The notes beneath the pieces were generated by a model. That model ran no database searches, was not told where the DNA came from, and saw only the letters and a program-made list of their open reading frames with translations. A program made the translations under genes and the position numbers. A stretch of DNA of 58,846 bases from the IMG/VR virus record IMGVR_UViG_3300047547_000066, positions 1-58,846 of that record; one strand, given 5' to 3'. The stretch comes from a virus. Lineage: Duplodnaviria; Caudoviricetes. Below are positions 43,529 through 53,882 of the stretch, piece by piece (position 1 is the first letter of the stretch; each line of letters starts with the position of its first letter).

Positions 43529-45805
43529 TTATAGAGAACAACTTTCACAGATCCCACTTTCGGGAATATCTTCTTCTGATTGTTCCTCAGCAACTGTATC
43601 AATGGATACACCAGAGGAAGTTAAACTATTTACATAGTAGCGAGTCTTTACGCCATACTTTACAATGTTTAGATAGTCTTGAATGATCAATGAACTAGAG
43701 ACTTTGTCGGCACCTTTTATACTAACATATAAGTCAGCACTGATAGCTTGGTCAGTCCACTTCTGCATAACTGCATATACTTTGATCATATCAGTAGTAG
43801 AGATGTCCCATGCTCGCTGATACTTGTTCTTTAGCTTGGTACCATCGGGTGCTGCCCAGTGATTTACCAATGTGTCATTGGTTTTCATGATATACAATTC
43901 ACGGATAGGGTATACACCGTTTGTTGTACCAGCACCAATAGTAGAAGATTCGCCTGGCATATGTGCAGCTACTACTGAGTTCCTGATACCTCCATTGTCA
44001 ATGATCTGTTGACGAAGTGTTTCCCAATCACGCTTATTGGGTACAGTAACCAGTTCATCAACTTTCTTCTCATAAGTATCAATCGGTAGCCATCCAGATG
44101 GCCATTCAGTTTTACCAATCCATGGTGCATTGCCTAGTTCCTTACCTAAGCGTAGACTTGCATTGATAAGATGCCAAGCATGAGTTTCTGACAGCTCATG
44201 GATAAAGTTTAATCCATCCTGTGTGTCATACTTCTTGTTGTTCTTTGCCATTAGGTGTGCTAACCCAATGATACCAACACCAGCTGATAAACGAGATTGT
44301 GCAGTGTGTTTCAGTGAAGGAAACACATAATCTGATTTATGAATACATACATCAATCATCTTCAGAGCCATGTATGCAACATCTGCATACTGTTCATCAG
44401 ATTCAATGTTGGATACAATAACACCAGCCAGACTACACAATCCAATCTCACCATCACCTTCCTCATATTGAGGTTTATACAGGTCAGCTACAGATTTATA
44501 AGGACTGGTTGGAATAGTTACCTCAGCACACAAATTCGACGAATAGATGGTATCATTAAATGGAGTATGTTGGTTAATACTATCCGTTTGGTGTTGGTAG
44601 TGTACGCCAGTTTCGTACGCTTGCGTTAAAGCGCTCAATGCAACATCACGTGCATTGACTTTAGATTCTTCACTAACAGTCTTCTCGTATTCAGCATATA
44701 GAGATTCAAATTTACTTTGATCCTTTGCATATTGTGCCTCATACAACTCAGATTGATCATAATATGAAAACATTGCAAATTGCTCATTCTTTGCAACTTT
44801 ACGAGCAAATGCCTTATTGGAACCAAAGTTATAATGACACCCAGCAATGCGTTTAGATGCAGGAGTCATTGGATGACGTAGTTTTTGAATTACACTGACC
44901 TCTGGGTCATACGCTGTGTAATATACAGTGGATGCACCACCTCTACCATTTTGAAGATTGGCACCAATTGCACCTACCATTGCACGGTAATATGGTAACT
45001 TTCCTTGGTGTTGGATTACACCGCTGCGAACAGGATCACCCAGTGAACGGGTCTTGATGTGAGTCCCAATACCTGCGCTCATGCACGTCATCATGTATGC
45101 AATATGGTCACCTGCTGCTAAAGATGTAGCTGTGTCATCTGTTGTGTATAAACAACAAGATGCATATCCATTTAGACGAGTACCAAGATTGACAAAGTTG
45201 GGCGTTGGTGCATTAAGGCGGTTATGACTGAAATGGTTGTACCAAGAACGAATCAAGCTAATACGAGACTCTTTGGGTTCATTCTCTGCCAATGCCATTG
45301 CCATGCGCATATAGACAAACTGTGGTGTCTCATACTCCTGTTTTGTAATTTTGTTACGAAGCGCATACTTATACCGAAGCTGATTCAATTGATAATGTGG
45401 GTATTTTAGATCTTGATTGTGATTAATGATTGATTCAACCTCGGCATACTCATCGTCAGAGTAGCGTAGTTGTACCATTAGACCATGCTCAAACATTCGC
45501 TGGTGCAGCTTTTGAACAGTTGGTTTACCATCAGGATAGATCTCACGATTCATTAGAGCTGAATACAAACGTCCAGCCATTCGATTGTATTCCCAACTCT
45601 TGCGACTAAGAGTTACATCAATCAATGTTTTTTGTAAGTGAAGGCTGGTACATACCTTTGGACACTTACTCACTGCTTCAATTACAATTGATCCCCAATC
45701 AACACCAGTACCTAGTGTTTTTGCTGCCCAATGACCCCATCCATTCAACTTTGATGGGGAAAATTCTTCAAGAGTACCGTTGCGTTTTTCAATGTGTGTG
45801 ATCAT
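43529..45805 (-). CDS. nrdA: Class Ia ribonucleotide reductase alpha subunit
   Basis: ATP cone-like N-terminus, PTP, SCC, SNLCAE, DQAISAD, KTRYY, C-terminal CESC. Confidence 0.95.
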   Translation of the reverse strand: MITHIEKRNGTLEEFSPSKLNGWGHWAAKTLGTGVDWGSIVIEAVSKCPKVCTSLHLQKTLIDVTLSRKSWEYNRMAGRLYSALMNREIYPDGKPTVQKLHQRMFEHGLMVQLRYSDDEYAEVESIINHNQDLKYPHYQLNQLRYKYALRNKITKQEYETPQFVYMRMAMALAENEPKESRISLIRSWYNHFSHNRLNAPTPNFVNLGTRLNGYASCCLYTTDDTATSLAAGDHIAYMMTCMSAGIGTHIKTRSLGDPVRSGVIQHQGKLPYYRAMVGAIGANLQNGRGGASTVYYTAYDPEVSVIQKLRHPMTPASKRIAGCHYNFGSNKAFARKVAKNEQFAMFSYYDQSELYEAQYAKDQSKFESLYAEYEKTVSEESKVNARDVALSALTQAYETGVHYQHQTDSINQHTPFNDTIYSSNLCAEVTIPTSPYKSVADLYKPQYEEGDGEIGLCSLAGVIVSNIESDEQYADVAYMALKMIDVCIHKSDYVFPSLKHTAQSRLSAGVGIIGLAHLMAKNNKKYDTQDGLNFIHELSETHAWHLINASLRLGKELGNAPWIGKTEWPSGWLPIDTYEKKVDELVTVPNKRDWETLRQQIIDNGGIRNSVVAAHMPGESSTIGAGTTNGVYPIRELYIMKTNDTLVNHWAAPDGTKLKNKYQRAWDISTTDMIKVYAVMQKWTDQAISADLYVSIKGADKVSSSLIIQDYLNIVKYGVKTRYYVNSLTSSGVSIDTVAEEQSEEDIPESGICESCSL

Positions 45806-45957
45806 AGTTTGTTTGAGTTATTAGCCATTCAGAAGAGGGTGTTTTAGTATATTCAATATGTATGTTAACAATATCAACGACAAATATGAACTTGTCTATT
45901 GACAACATATACATTATACAGTATATCAATGATGAAATTATCTCCATGGGACAGTAT

Positions 45958-46974
45958 TTAATATACAGAACTTACTTTGGACCACTGACTAAATTTCATT
46001 TTAGCTGCAATTCCAGATACTGTACTTTGGTCAATTAGTTCAATGACATCATCAACTGCATGCCCATTCAATACCATTTGGTTTATATCCTTACCCCAAT
46101 CTTTATTCCATAAACATACAGGCAGTCCAGAGTCAACCATACGTTTGATTGACTTAACGACTTCTGCATTGCGTGGTTGATTGTCAGGCACTAATACTAC
46201 TTTGGAAAAGTCTCGAAGCTCTGGAACAAGCAAAGAAGCAGAACCAACTGCAATGGCATTATCAAAAAATAGAGAGTCCAGAGGACCTTCGAGAACATAG
46301 ACAGGTTTTTTGGGGTCGACTGTGTCGAGACCGAATACGCGCGATGCATCATCTTTAACTTTCATGAAAATGTATTTGGGTTGTTCATTACCAAAGGCTC
46401 TAGCAGATATCCTAATGATATTGCCTTTGTTATCAAAGAATGGAATAATCAACCTAGGATGTTCAACGATATTAGGTGACAACTTTTCTTTACGAAACTC
46501 TGCTTCCCATTTCTTGAACCGTAATACAAAGTACAACCTATCCCAATGTGTTGGATCTATACAACGTTTAACCAGATATTTTACTGCTGGGTGGTCCATA
46601 TCCAGATCTGATATACGCTCTAGATCGCCCAATTGTAACTTCTGCTTTGTGGGTTCTACAACAGGCGCGGGTTGTACTGGCGCATGGAAGTCTTGCTTAG
46701 CTTTGTATCGTTCAACGCTGAACTCATTGAATAGGTATGGGTCCTGTAACTTCAAAAAGTTTGCAAATGACATACTTGCACCGCAGTTGAAGCATCCCAT
46801 TGTGTAAGACGATGCCTTTGCATGAAGGTATATGCCACCACGAGTCTTGTATGCGTTCTTCTTGGAGTCGCCACATATAGGACAACGGAAGCCCCATTGG
46901 TTGTGTTTAACCCTATGGAACAGCTTGAGCCTAGGACTCAGGAGATTAATGTACTTTTCTTCTAACCAGATCAT
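45958..46974 (-). CDS. gp61: DNA primase gp61
   Basis: FRCPICGDS...CFNCG zinc finger, RLIIPF, EGPLDSLF, DNQPRN, KDINQM. Confidence 0.95.
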   Translation of the reverse strand: MIWLEEKYINLLSPRLKLFHRVKHNQWGFRCPICGDSKKNAYKTRGGIYLHAKASSYTMGCFNCGASMSFANFLKLQDPYLFNEFSVERYKAKQDFHAPVQPAPVVEPTKQKLQLGDLERISDLDMDHPAVKYLVKRCIDPTHWDRLYFVLRFKKWEAEFRKEKLSPNIVEHPRLIIPFFDNKGNIIRISARAFGNEQPKYIFMKVKDDASRVFGLDTVDPKKPVYVLEGPLDSLFFDNAIAVGSASLLVPELRDFSKVVLVPDNQPRNAEVVKSIKRMVDSGLPVCLWNKDWGKDINQMVLNGHAVDDVIELIDQSTVSGIAAKMKFSQWSKVSSVY

Positions 46975-47032
46975 AGTCACAGTATAACATAAAAACAACC
47001 AAAAATATTTTAAAAATATTTTCAAAAAGGGG

Positions 47033-47061
47033 TTGACAGATCACGAAAAATATGCTACACT
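47033..47061 (+). promoter_or_regulatory. sigma70-like promoter pointing into a non-coding AT-rich region
   Basis: TTGACA-17nt-TACACT. Confidence 0.6.
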
Positions 47062-47370
47062 AAAGTTAAGATAAGACAACACCCTTATCTAGTATTAATA
47101 TAATATTATTGATTCTATAAAATACTTATAATCTCTATAGATACCTACGAGTGAAACGAGTGTGCCGAAGGCACTAAAAGGTACTTATTGATACTCTATA
47201 AGTGTACTCTAAAAGTATACTGAAATTTCTTGGCGTCAAAAAATTTGTTGTGGGTTAACAACAATTCCTGAGTCACTTCGTGACAAGAGGGCTTGCGCCC
47301 TCTTTGTACTCTAGAACTTACGAGATCGCTTTATAACACGTTTTTACTAGTAACTAGTACCAAGGTATCA
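47062..47370. other. Candidate replication origin / structured non-coding region
   Basis: AT-rich stretch, recurring (C)TCTATA motifs, small hairpins GTGCCGAAGGCAC and GTCACTTCGTGAC, no ORF. Confidence 0.4.
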
Positions 47371-47372
47371 AC

Positions 47373-47735
47373 TTAGTGTAAAAACGTTGTTGTAGACGGT
47401 TCTGCTACACTCTCACTTAATGTCTGTACTGATAACATCATCACAAAATCTCGAAACTCATCTGTACTGTCTGTCATAACAGCTTCAAAGAACTGATCAC
47501 ATACATCTATCGATGGTCGTTTAATGAACACACAATTGTATAGTCCCACTTCAAATCGTCTGTCAAATGAATATTCACAGTAAGAAGTCAGTACATTGTC
47601 TAGTTCATATGGAAAGTATAAAGAAATTCCCATTTCAGTTCTATTGATTACAAGACCCACTAATAACTCACCAGATGTTAGCTTAACAATGTATACAGAT
47701 TGATACAATCTATTCTTAACAAGTTCATCTAACAT
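47373..47735 (-). CDS. Hypothetical protein (Sm-like fold candidate) downstream of uvsW
   Basis: IVKLTSGELLVG motif; C-terminal xxLH. Confidence 0.6.
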   Translation of the reverse strand: MLDELVKNRLYQSVYIVKLTSGELLVGLVINRTEMGISLYFPYELDNVLTSYCEYSFDRRFEVGLYNCVFIKRPSIDVCDQFFEAVMTDSTDEFRDFVMMLSVQTLSESVAEPSTTTFLH

Positions 47736-47744
47736 ATTTCATCC

Positions 47745-49271
47745 TTAATTAAACGGTATCTCCTTGATACCAATATCAAACTTCTCACGTCTATATATGG
47801 ACAGTCTTTCTACACCATGATCATATGAATAGTTAGTAGACTTTTTATACCGTAGATCATCTATTACATCCCATAAAACCATATGTGTTTTATTTGTGTG
47901 TAATCTCAATCCTCGACCAATTGATTGAAGTACAGTAATAGAACTCTTAGATGGACATCCAAAAATTACATGTCTGATGTTAGGTAAATTTACACCTGTT
48001 GAAAATGAAGCAAATGTAGCAACAATAATACAGTCTTCTTTGTTAGCTACTTGTCTAATACGTTCACGTTCATCAGGGTCTACTGTACCTGCAACATAAT
48101 ATACAGGTCTACTTGATACTTTAGTTAGTGCATCAAACAACTTTTTGGCATGACTCTCACGATTCTTTACCAACAACAATGTTGTACCATCAGTCGCTAA
48201 AGCTACTTTCATTAGGAATGCATTGCGTTTGTTATTTTCAACCAACCACTTTATTTCTTCTTGATACTCTGCTTTTTTAAGCAACTCAGCTTCTTCTGTG
48301 CTGTACTTTAATACCAATGTTTTGATTTTCAAACCAGATACTTGATTTGTATCAATTAACTCTTTGGTTGTAATAACTTTATACAATGGTCCAAGAGATC
48401 CTTCTATTTGCAATGTATTTATTTTTGCATTTGTACTTGTATCAATTGTTCCAGTGGTTCCAATTCTATAAGATGCATATGCACACTTTTCTAGAATGGA
48501 TTGCATCTCTTTACCCTTGGCTCCATGGGCCTCATCTGCAATAACTGCTTTATACAGACTGAGGATTTTTGGACCTTGAACCCTATCTGATGCTATCTTT
48601 GTAAAGGATTGCCACGTTGTAACTAGAACACGTTTAGATAGTTCTTTTGTTTGACCACTATACAGTCGTTGACAGTGTTTATCAACATCCCAACCATTCT
48701 GTTGGGAGTAATCCTTGAAGTCACCTATCATCTGGTTTACTAACGTTACATTAGGTACCAATAACAGTATCCGTGCATCTGGATCATCTTCAAGTAACCA
48801 TCGAATTATGCAATAAATAATAAGACTTTTTCCAGATGATGTAGGTGAAATAAGTGTTACTCTACGCTTATGGATTGCTTGGTGTATTGCCTCTACTTGG
48901 TAATCTCTTGCTGTAATTGGACCATTCTTACTCCAAATGTTCAAGTCCATAACAAACTCAGAGACATCTAATACGTCTAGGTCGTTATTGATTGATACAG
49001 CAGAGAATCTATCACATTCTTTGAATATAATCTCGATGTTATTGTCACGACAGAAATCTTGTAATCTAGGATATAGACCAATTGGTAAAAACTTTGTCTT
49101 TACGTTATAAAGAGAAATGTTTCCATCCCACAACCTAGCACGATACTTGGGTGAGAATTGATATCCAGGTGATTTGAATGTGAAGTAATCTTTTATCTCA
49201 CTTTCAATGTTAAAGTCTGAATAAACTTTAACAAACGATTCATTTACTTTAGTTACTTCTACTTGAGTCAT
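47745..49271 (-). CDS. uvsW: SF2 helicase UvsW
   Basis: WDGNISLY, RDYQ, SPTSSGKS, DEAH, GTTGT, QSIGRGLR. Confidence 0.95.
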   Translation of the reverse strand: MTQVEVTKVNESFVKVYSDFNIESEIKDYFTFKSPGYQFSPKYRARLWDGNISLYNVKTKFLPIGLYPRLQDFCRDNNIEIIFKECDRFSAVSINNDLDVLDVSEFVMDLNIWSKNGPITARDYQVEAIHQAIHKRRVTLISPTSSGKSLIIYCIIRWLLEDDPDARILLLVPNVTLVNQMIGDFKDYSQQNGWDVDKHCQRLYSGQTKELSKRVLVTTWQSFTKIASDRVQGPKILSLYKAVIADEAHGAKGKEMQSILEKCAYASYRIGTTGTIDTSTNAKINTLQIEGSLGPLYKVITTKELIDTNQVSGLKIKTLVLKYSTEEAELLKKAEYQEEIKWLVENNKRNAFLMKVALATDGTTLLLVKNRESHAKKLFDALTKVSSRPVYYVAGTVDPDERERIRQVANKEDCIIVATFASFSTGVNLPNIRHVIFGCPSKSSITVLQSIGRGLRLHTNKTHMVLWDVIDDLRYKKSTNYSYDHGVERLSIYRREKFDIGIKEIPFN

Positions 49272-49299
49272 ACATATAAAAATAGAGGGAATTACCCTC

Positions 49300-49307
49300 T
49301 ATTTATA
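49300..49307 (-). promoter_or_regulatory. T4-type late promoter TATAAATA overlapping a terminator hairpin
   Basis: TATTTATA on the plus strand, upstream of uvsW; hairpin AATAGAGGG/CCCTCTATT. Confidence 0.6.
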
Positions 49308-49316
49308 CAGTTGAAA

Positions 49317-51626
49317 TCAGTAACCACCATCGTAGTTTTCAGAATCTGTTACTCTTCTATAAACTGGATCAAAATGTTCATCATAGTGCTCATGTTCATG
49401 ATACCTAGATGCTGTATTAGGTGTTTTATAATGCTCTAATGAATCTAATGTATGTATCCTAGTATGTAGTTTTTCAGATTCGTGCCAATCCTTTAGACTT
49501 ACTCTATCTTCATCTATTACATGCTCATCAATATGATTGTCTAAATTCATTGCATAATTTTCTAAATGTGAATATAACTGTTCTTTTTTAGCAGTTAGTT
49601 CGTGATCATCATCCTCGTCATATTCATCATCTGCTGCATTCTTTGTATTAATGTGTTCAGTAATACCACTATCTAATTTAAATGCTCTGTTTTCAGCTGC
49701 ATCCAAGAATTTATTGCTGTGCTTTTCAGAACCAAAAGACATTCTATAGTTATGTTCTGCTAACTTACTATAGTCTTCATGAGTAAAATGTTCAGTTAGA
49801 CTTTCAGGTAGAGCATTTTTAGTTTTAAAACCAAATACGTGTGATCCATACCGTGTACTTCTTGTGTCTGGATCGCCACCGATTGCATTGTTTATAAACT
49901 CGTGTGCTAGCTTTTTATGTTCACTTTTAGGAATATGTTCATTATGCATCAATCTAGTATACATATCATCTGATGGAAAATGCTCGGCGTCTTCCATTGT
50001 TGCATGTCTAGAGTTGCTCATTAATGCAGAATGTGATACTGATTTCAATGCGTCATTTGTAGTTCCTAGAATGGTTTTAAGAGCATGGTCATGATGTTCT
50101 CTAGTAAACGTTGGTAACGTAGAAAGTGTTGGTACCATTCCACCTAATGTATTTTCACTGTCTACTAGCTTGTGTATATGGTCACTATTCAATTTTGATT
50201 TCAAATGATTGAATGTTCTGGAATAAACTCCAGTGAATAGATGATCCTTAGTTGTAGCAGTGTTAACTAACTTATCAATATGTGAATCTTTAATCTTGGA
50301 TAGACGCACATGCATATAGTCATGTGGTAAAACTTTGTCTAAATGTTCATCCGATAACTTTGGATTCATCATCATTGATTTTGTGGGGTAATCATATACA
50401 CCCATGTTCATATAATGATTATTGATTGCTGATGATGTTTTATCACCGTGAGTGAATGCCAATGCTTCAACAACTTTGTTTTTGCTTTCAATTGGTACAC
50501 TGGTTTCAGGTAATGCCATTGTATGGTTGTACACCTTTGCAATGTGTTCACTGGTTAAATTAGGTATCTTGGCAATGTTCCTCAATGAGAGTTTATGCCA
50601 TGCATGTTTACCTTCTTTTTCTTTATCAGTATCAGTCTCAGTTGGTGTGCAATAAGTCTTTGCAAAATTGATTGCGTGTGAGATGTTATGATGGTCTATT
50701 GCACCATCATCAAACCTATCCCCATTAATTATCTTCTTTTCAACATCTTCTTTAGACATGTGATAATACTCATCATTACCTGAGTCATCATATACATCTC
50801 TATTTTTAATGTAATGTTGGCCTTCAATTGCAGGGTAATTTGTATTAGCCCAGTGACTTACTGCGGTGTGAAAATTTGAACTTGCATTACCATATGATTT
50901 AGTTTCAGGTCTGAAAATTGTGTCTTTTTCACCGCTTATTTTTGTATGAAATGGTTTTAGTGCAATTCTAGCAATTGGATTGGATGGTTCACCGTGCGCA
51001 AAAGCAGTTTTATCGTTACCGTGTACTAAGAATGCTACATGCGTACCATGCATAGAATCATCTGCTAACTTGTGGTTCATTGAACCACCTTGCATGTTCA
51101 TGCAACTTTGATCACGCCAATGTGTACCTGTTGACATACCAGCAATTGCTAGAGGTGTTGTTGATATAACAACATGCTGATCATCGCTTGATTTCAATGA
51201 CCTAGCAGGGTCGTTCATAAACGATGATTTGACTTCAGATGATGCATTTGTACGTTCTAAGATCGAGCCAATCTTTTCATCGACTGTTTTTACACGGTGT
51301 GGAATACCTTTACTGGGGTCACCAACAACCTTTTTAGTTGATGCAATGCCAGCACGATAATCCTTTACTTCATAACCATGTTTTGTTAGATGGTCAACAA
51401 CATCTGCATCTGCATCTGCAATTGAATTTAATGGAAAGTGAGTAAATGAACCATGTGGTAATGCTTTGCGCATCTTATCATATGTTTCTTCCGATACGTG
51501 TGAATGATGATCCCATGATTCAGGAATATGATGCAATTCTTCTGGTACAGTTGTCTCAACAAGTTGTTGTGTTGGTTCAACTTTGTTTTTTAGAATTGAT
51601 AGATATGCGTCTTTAATATTTTTCAT
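49317..51626 (-). CDS. Large His-rich protein, paralog of 34064..35293, with helical-repeat C-terminus
   Basis: Shared domain motifs; repeated LxxEHIxKL-type helices; acidic tail. Confidence 0.7.
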   Translation of the reverse strand: MKNIKDAYLSILKNKVEPTQQLVETTVPEELHHIPESWDHHSHVSEETYDKMRKALPHGSFTHFPLNSIADADADVVDHLTKHGYEVKDYRAGIASTKKVVGDPSKGIPHRVKTVDEKIGSILERTNASSEVKSSFMNDPARSLKSSDDQHVVISTTPLAIAGMSTGTHWRDQSCMNMQGGSMNHKLADDSMHGTHVAFLVHGNDKTAFAHGEPSNPIARIALKPFHTKISGEKDTIFRPETKSYGNASSNFHTAVSHWANTNYPAIEGQHYIKNRDVYDDSGNDEYYHMSKEDVEKKIINGDRFDDGAIDHHNISHAINFAKTYCTPTETDTDKEKEGKHAWHKLSLRNIAKIPNLTSEHIAKVYNHTMALPETSVPIESKNKVVEALAFTHGDKTSSAINNHYMNMGVYDYPTKSMMMNPKLSDEHLDKVLPHDYMHVRLSKIKDSHIDKLVNTATTKDHLFTGVYSRTFNHLKSKLNSDHIHKLVDSENTLGGMVPTLSTLPTFTREHHDHALKTILGTTNDALKSVSHSALMSNSRHATMEDAEHFPSDDMYTRLMHNEHIPKSEHKKLAHEFINNAIGGDPDTRSTRYGSHVFGFKTKNALPESLTEHFTHEDYSKLAEHNYRMSFGSEKHSNKFLDAAENRAFKLDSGITEHINTKNAADDEYDEDDDHELTAKKEQLYSHLENYAMNLDNHIDEHVIDEDRVSLKDWHESEKLHTRIHTLDSLEHYKTPNTASRYHEHEHYDEHFDPVYRRVTDSENYDGGY

Positions 51627-51627
51627 T

Positions 51628-52137
51628 TTAGTTTGTGAATTCAAAACGAGTATATGCCATTGTTACAGTTGCTTTTACGTATGACGTTCCAGCATCTTGG
51701 GTTGTATATGAAATGCTACTCAAGTTAACTGGAATTGCGTCATAGAATGTAATAGTTTTAATTGGGTTGCCTTTATTGCTTAAGATAATAACCTTTGCAT
51801 CCTGTTCACCCAATGTTTGATGTGGTGCTTCCTTGTTGGAATAATTTACGTAATCTTCGTAACTACCAGAGAACCCAATGTTGTTTATCCAGTCCAATAT
51901 TTCTGTGTAATTGTTCATGCCTTCATCAACAAGGAAACTAAACACCAAAGGTTGAAAAATAGGCTTGTCACCTGCAACTGGCATGTCACTGAATGGGGTT
52001 GCAACTGTTGCACTGGGTAAGGAGACTTGTGGTAAAACAAAATCTGTGTTAAAATACTGCGCCACAGGAAACCTTGGCAACACAAGCTGGTAGCCGTTGT
52101 TCTGCATAGGGTTGATTTGTATTCCACAGATCTGCAT
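51628..52137 (-). CDS. gp3: Tail completion/sheath stabiliser gp3
   Basis: NPMQNNGYQL.LPRFP..QYF...GDK..F.PL...FLVDE...Y.EI.DW. Confidence 0.85.
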   Translation of the reverse strand: MQICGIQINPMQNNGYQLVLPRFPVAQYFNTDFVLPQVSLPSATVATPFSDMPVAGDKPIFQPLVFSFLVDEGMNNYTEILDWINNIGFSGSYEDYVNYSNKEAPHQTLGEQDAKVIILSNKGNPIKTITFYDAIPVNLSSISYTTQDAGTSYVKATVTMAYTRFEFTN

Positions 52138-52169
52138 CAAAATTCCTCGAAGTTTCAACTATTTAGTAG

Positions 52170-52198
52170 TTGACATACAACACCTGACCTGTTATCAT
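52170..52198 (+). promoter_or_regulatory. sigma70-like promoter for the plus-strand dda operon
   Basis: TTGACA-17nt-TATCAT. Confidence 0.7.
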
Positions 52199-52222
52199 AC
52201 ACAAAACTAAGAAAGGTATGTT

Positions 52223-52465
52223 ATGGATGTGTCTTGGGTAAAGGTTGATAAGGATGTGTTTGTTGAATTGAATACATCCAGTGATTCCAGTAAGCTATAC
52301 TGGGTATACACAAAAAGCAAAAAAATCTATATTGCAAAACATGAATGGCGCCAAGGATGGTATCCTGATATATTTCAGTCTATTGATGGTATAACAATTG
52401 CCGGCAATGAAGTTGTTGCAATTGCTGATTTTAAAACTCCTACCCCACCTATTTTTGAACAATGA
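52223..52465 (+). CDS. Hypothetical protein
   Basis: 80-aa ORF with SD, coupled to dda. Confidence 0.6.
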   Translation: MDVSWVKVDKDVFVELNTSSDSSKLYWVYTKSKKIYIAKHEWRQGWYPDIFQSIDGITIAGNEVVAIADFKTPTPPIFEQ

Positions 52466-53691
52466 AACTAAACAACGACCAAGCTAGACTACTAAAATCT
52501 TTGATGGATTGGTGGGAAGACCCTGACCAAAAGTTCTTTGTATTGAGTGGACAAGCAGGTGTAGGTAAAACTACATGCATGAAATACCTGAATAAACTCT
52601 TGCGAAAGCAAGATAGCAGTATCAAGATATGCATGTCTGCACCAACAAACAAAGCTGTTGCAGTGTTGTCTGACTCTGTAAGTGACTCATCGGTTGTCTT
52701 TAAAACTACATACTCAATATTGGGTCTGCGTATGCAAGCCAATGGTGAAGTCAAGGAGTTAACGGATTCCGGCGATGAAAAGATAACAGACTTTGATATT
52801 GTTATCATTGATGAAGGTTCAATGATTAATACAACATTGATCAAGTACCTATTGAAGAAAACTGCGCTATCTGACACAAAGATAGTTTTCATTGGTGACA
52901 AGGAACAACTGCCACCAGTAGGTGAAGCATCTAGTCCAATCTGGACTCATTTTGAGCTTGATTATGAACTCACTGAAGTAATGCGACATCAGAACTCTAT
53001 TTTGGATTTTGTCCAGAGCATCCGTGCCAACCCATATCCTAAGTTTACATCTCCTGGTAAGCAAGTCTTTATTGAGTCTGAGACATCATTTGTTTCAAAT
53101 ATTGTTGAGATGGCAAATCAAGGGTACTTTCATGAAGGAAAAGCAAAAGCAATTGCTTGGAGGAATGTAACAGTTGATTTCTTGAATACATTGATTCGCA
53201 GTAACAATTCGAAAACGAAATCACCTGAGAAGTATGTCCCAGGTGATCGAGTGGTATTTCGTGAACCCGTAACTGTAGGTGATCGTGTAGTTGCATCTAC
53301 AGATGAAGAAGGTAGCGTTGAAAGTGTTGTGGTTTCACATCATACGCTGTACCCAATTTTGAAGTCATGGAAAGTTGGAGTTAGGATGGATTGGACTCAA
53401 CAATATGTTGAAGCACATATTATCCATGATTCATCGCTTGAACATCTGCAAGGATTTCTAGATGAATACAAAACTGCTAAGCGATGGGACCTTTTTTGGA
53501 AACTGAAAGAATCATTCCATAACATGTCCTATTCATATGCACTTACTGCACACCGTTCACAAGGTTCAACATTTGATTATGTGTTTGTCGATGCAGGAGA
53601 TATCATGTTGAATAGAAATGTAGATGAACGTACAAAGTGTCTCTATGTTGGATGTTCACGTGCATCAAAAGAACTTAGAGTGTTTCCATGA
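52462..53691 (+). CDS. dda: SF1B helicase Dda
   Basis: GQAGVGKT, APTNKA, DEGSM, GDKEQLPPV, YALTAHRSQGST, LYVGCSRA. Confidence 0.92.
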   Translation: MKLNNDQARLLKSLMDWWEDPDQKFFVLSGQAGVGKTTCMKYLNKLLRKQDSSIKICMSAPTNKAVAVLSDSVSDSSVVFKTTYSILGLRMQANGEVKELTDSGDEKITDFDIVIIDEGSMINTTLIKYLLKKTALSDTKIVFIGDKEQLPPVGEASSPIWTHFELDYELTEVMRHQNSILDFVQSIRANPYPKFTSPGKQVFIESETSFVSNIVEMANQGYFHEGKAKAIAWRNVTVDFLNTLIRSNNSKTKSPEKYVPGDRVVFREPVTVGDRVVASTDEEGSVESVVVSHHTLYPILKSWKVGVRMDWTQQYVEAHIIHDSSLEHLQGFLDEYKTAKRWDLFWKLKESFHNMSYSYALTAHRSQGSTFDYVFVDAGDIMLNRNVDERTKCLYVGCSRASKELRVFP

Positions 53692-53882
53692 AAAGCGAAT
53701 TAGATGATATAATCCTGTCAATTACCATGGCACTTAGAGTGATTGGTAACACCGAGGTCAATCCCAATGACCACAAGTTCAGTGAAAGTTTTAATTTGGC
53801 AATCAGTGAGCGCCGTGCAACATTGACTATGTTAACAAAGAGTAAACGTAAACTTAAAAGGATTCAAAATGAACAGATATGA
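53688..53882 (+). CDS. Hypothetical protein
   Basis: 64-aa ORF coupled between dda and thg1. Confidence 0.55.
   Translation: MKSELDDIILSITMALRVIGNTEVNPNDHKFSESFNLAISERRATLTMLTKSKRKLKRIQNEQI

Noticed and set aside
42416-45805. Group I introns or inteins in nrdA/nrdB
   Set aside because: Both ORFs are continuous and of normal length
286-52020. Numerous plus-strand ORFs antisense to minus-strand genes
   Set aside because: Shadow ORFs without SD or motifs, overlapping well-supported genes
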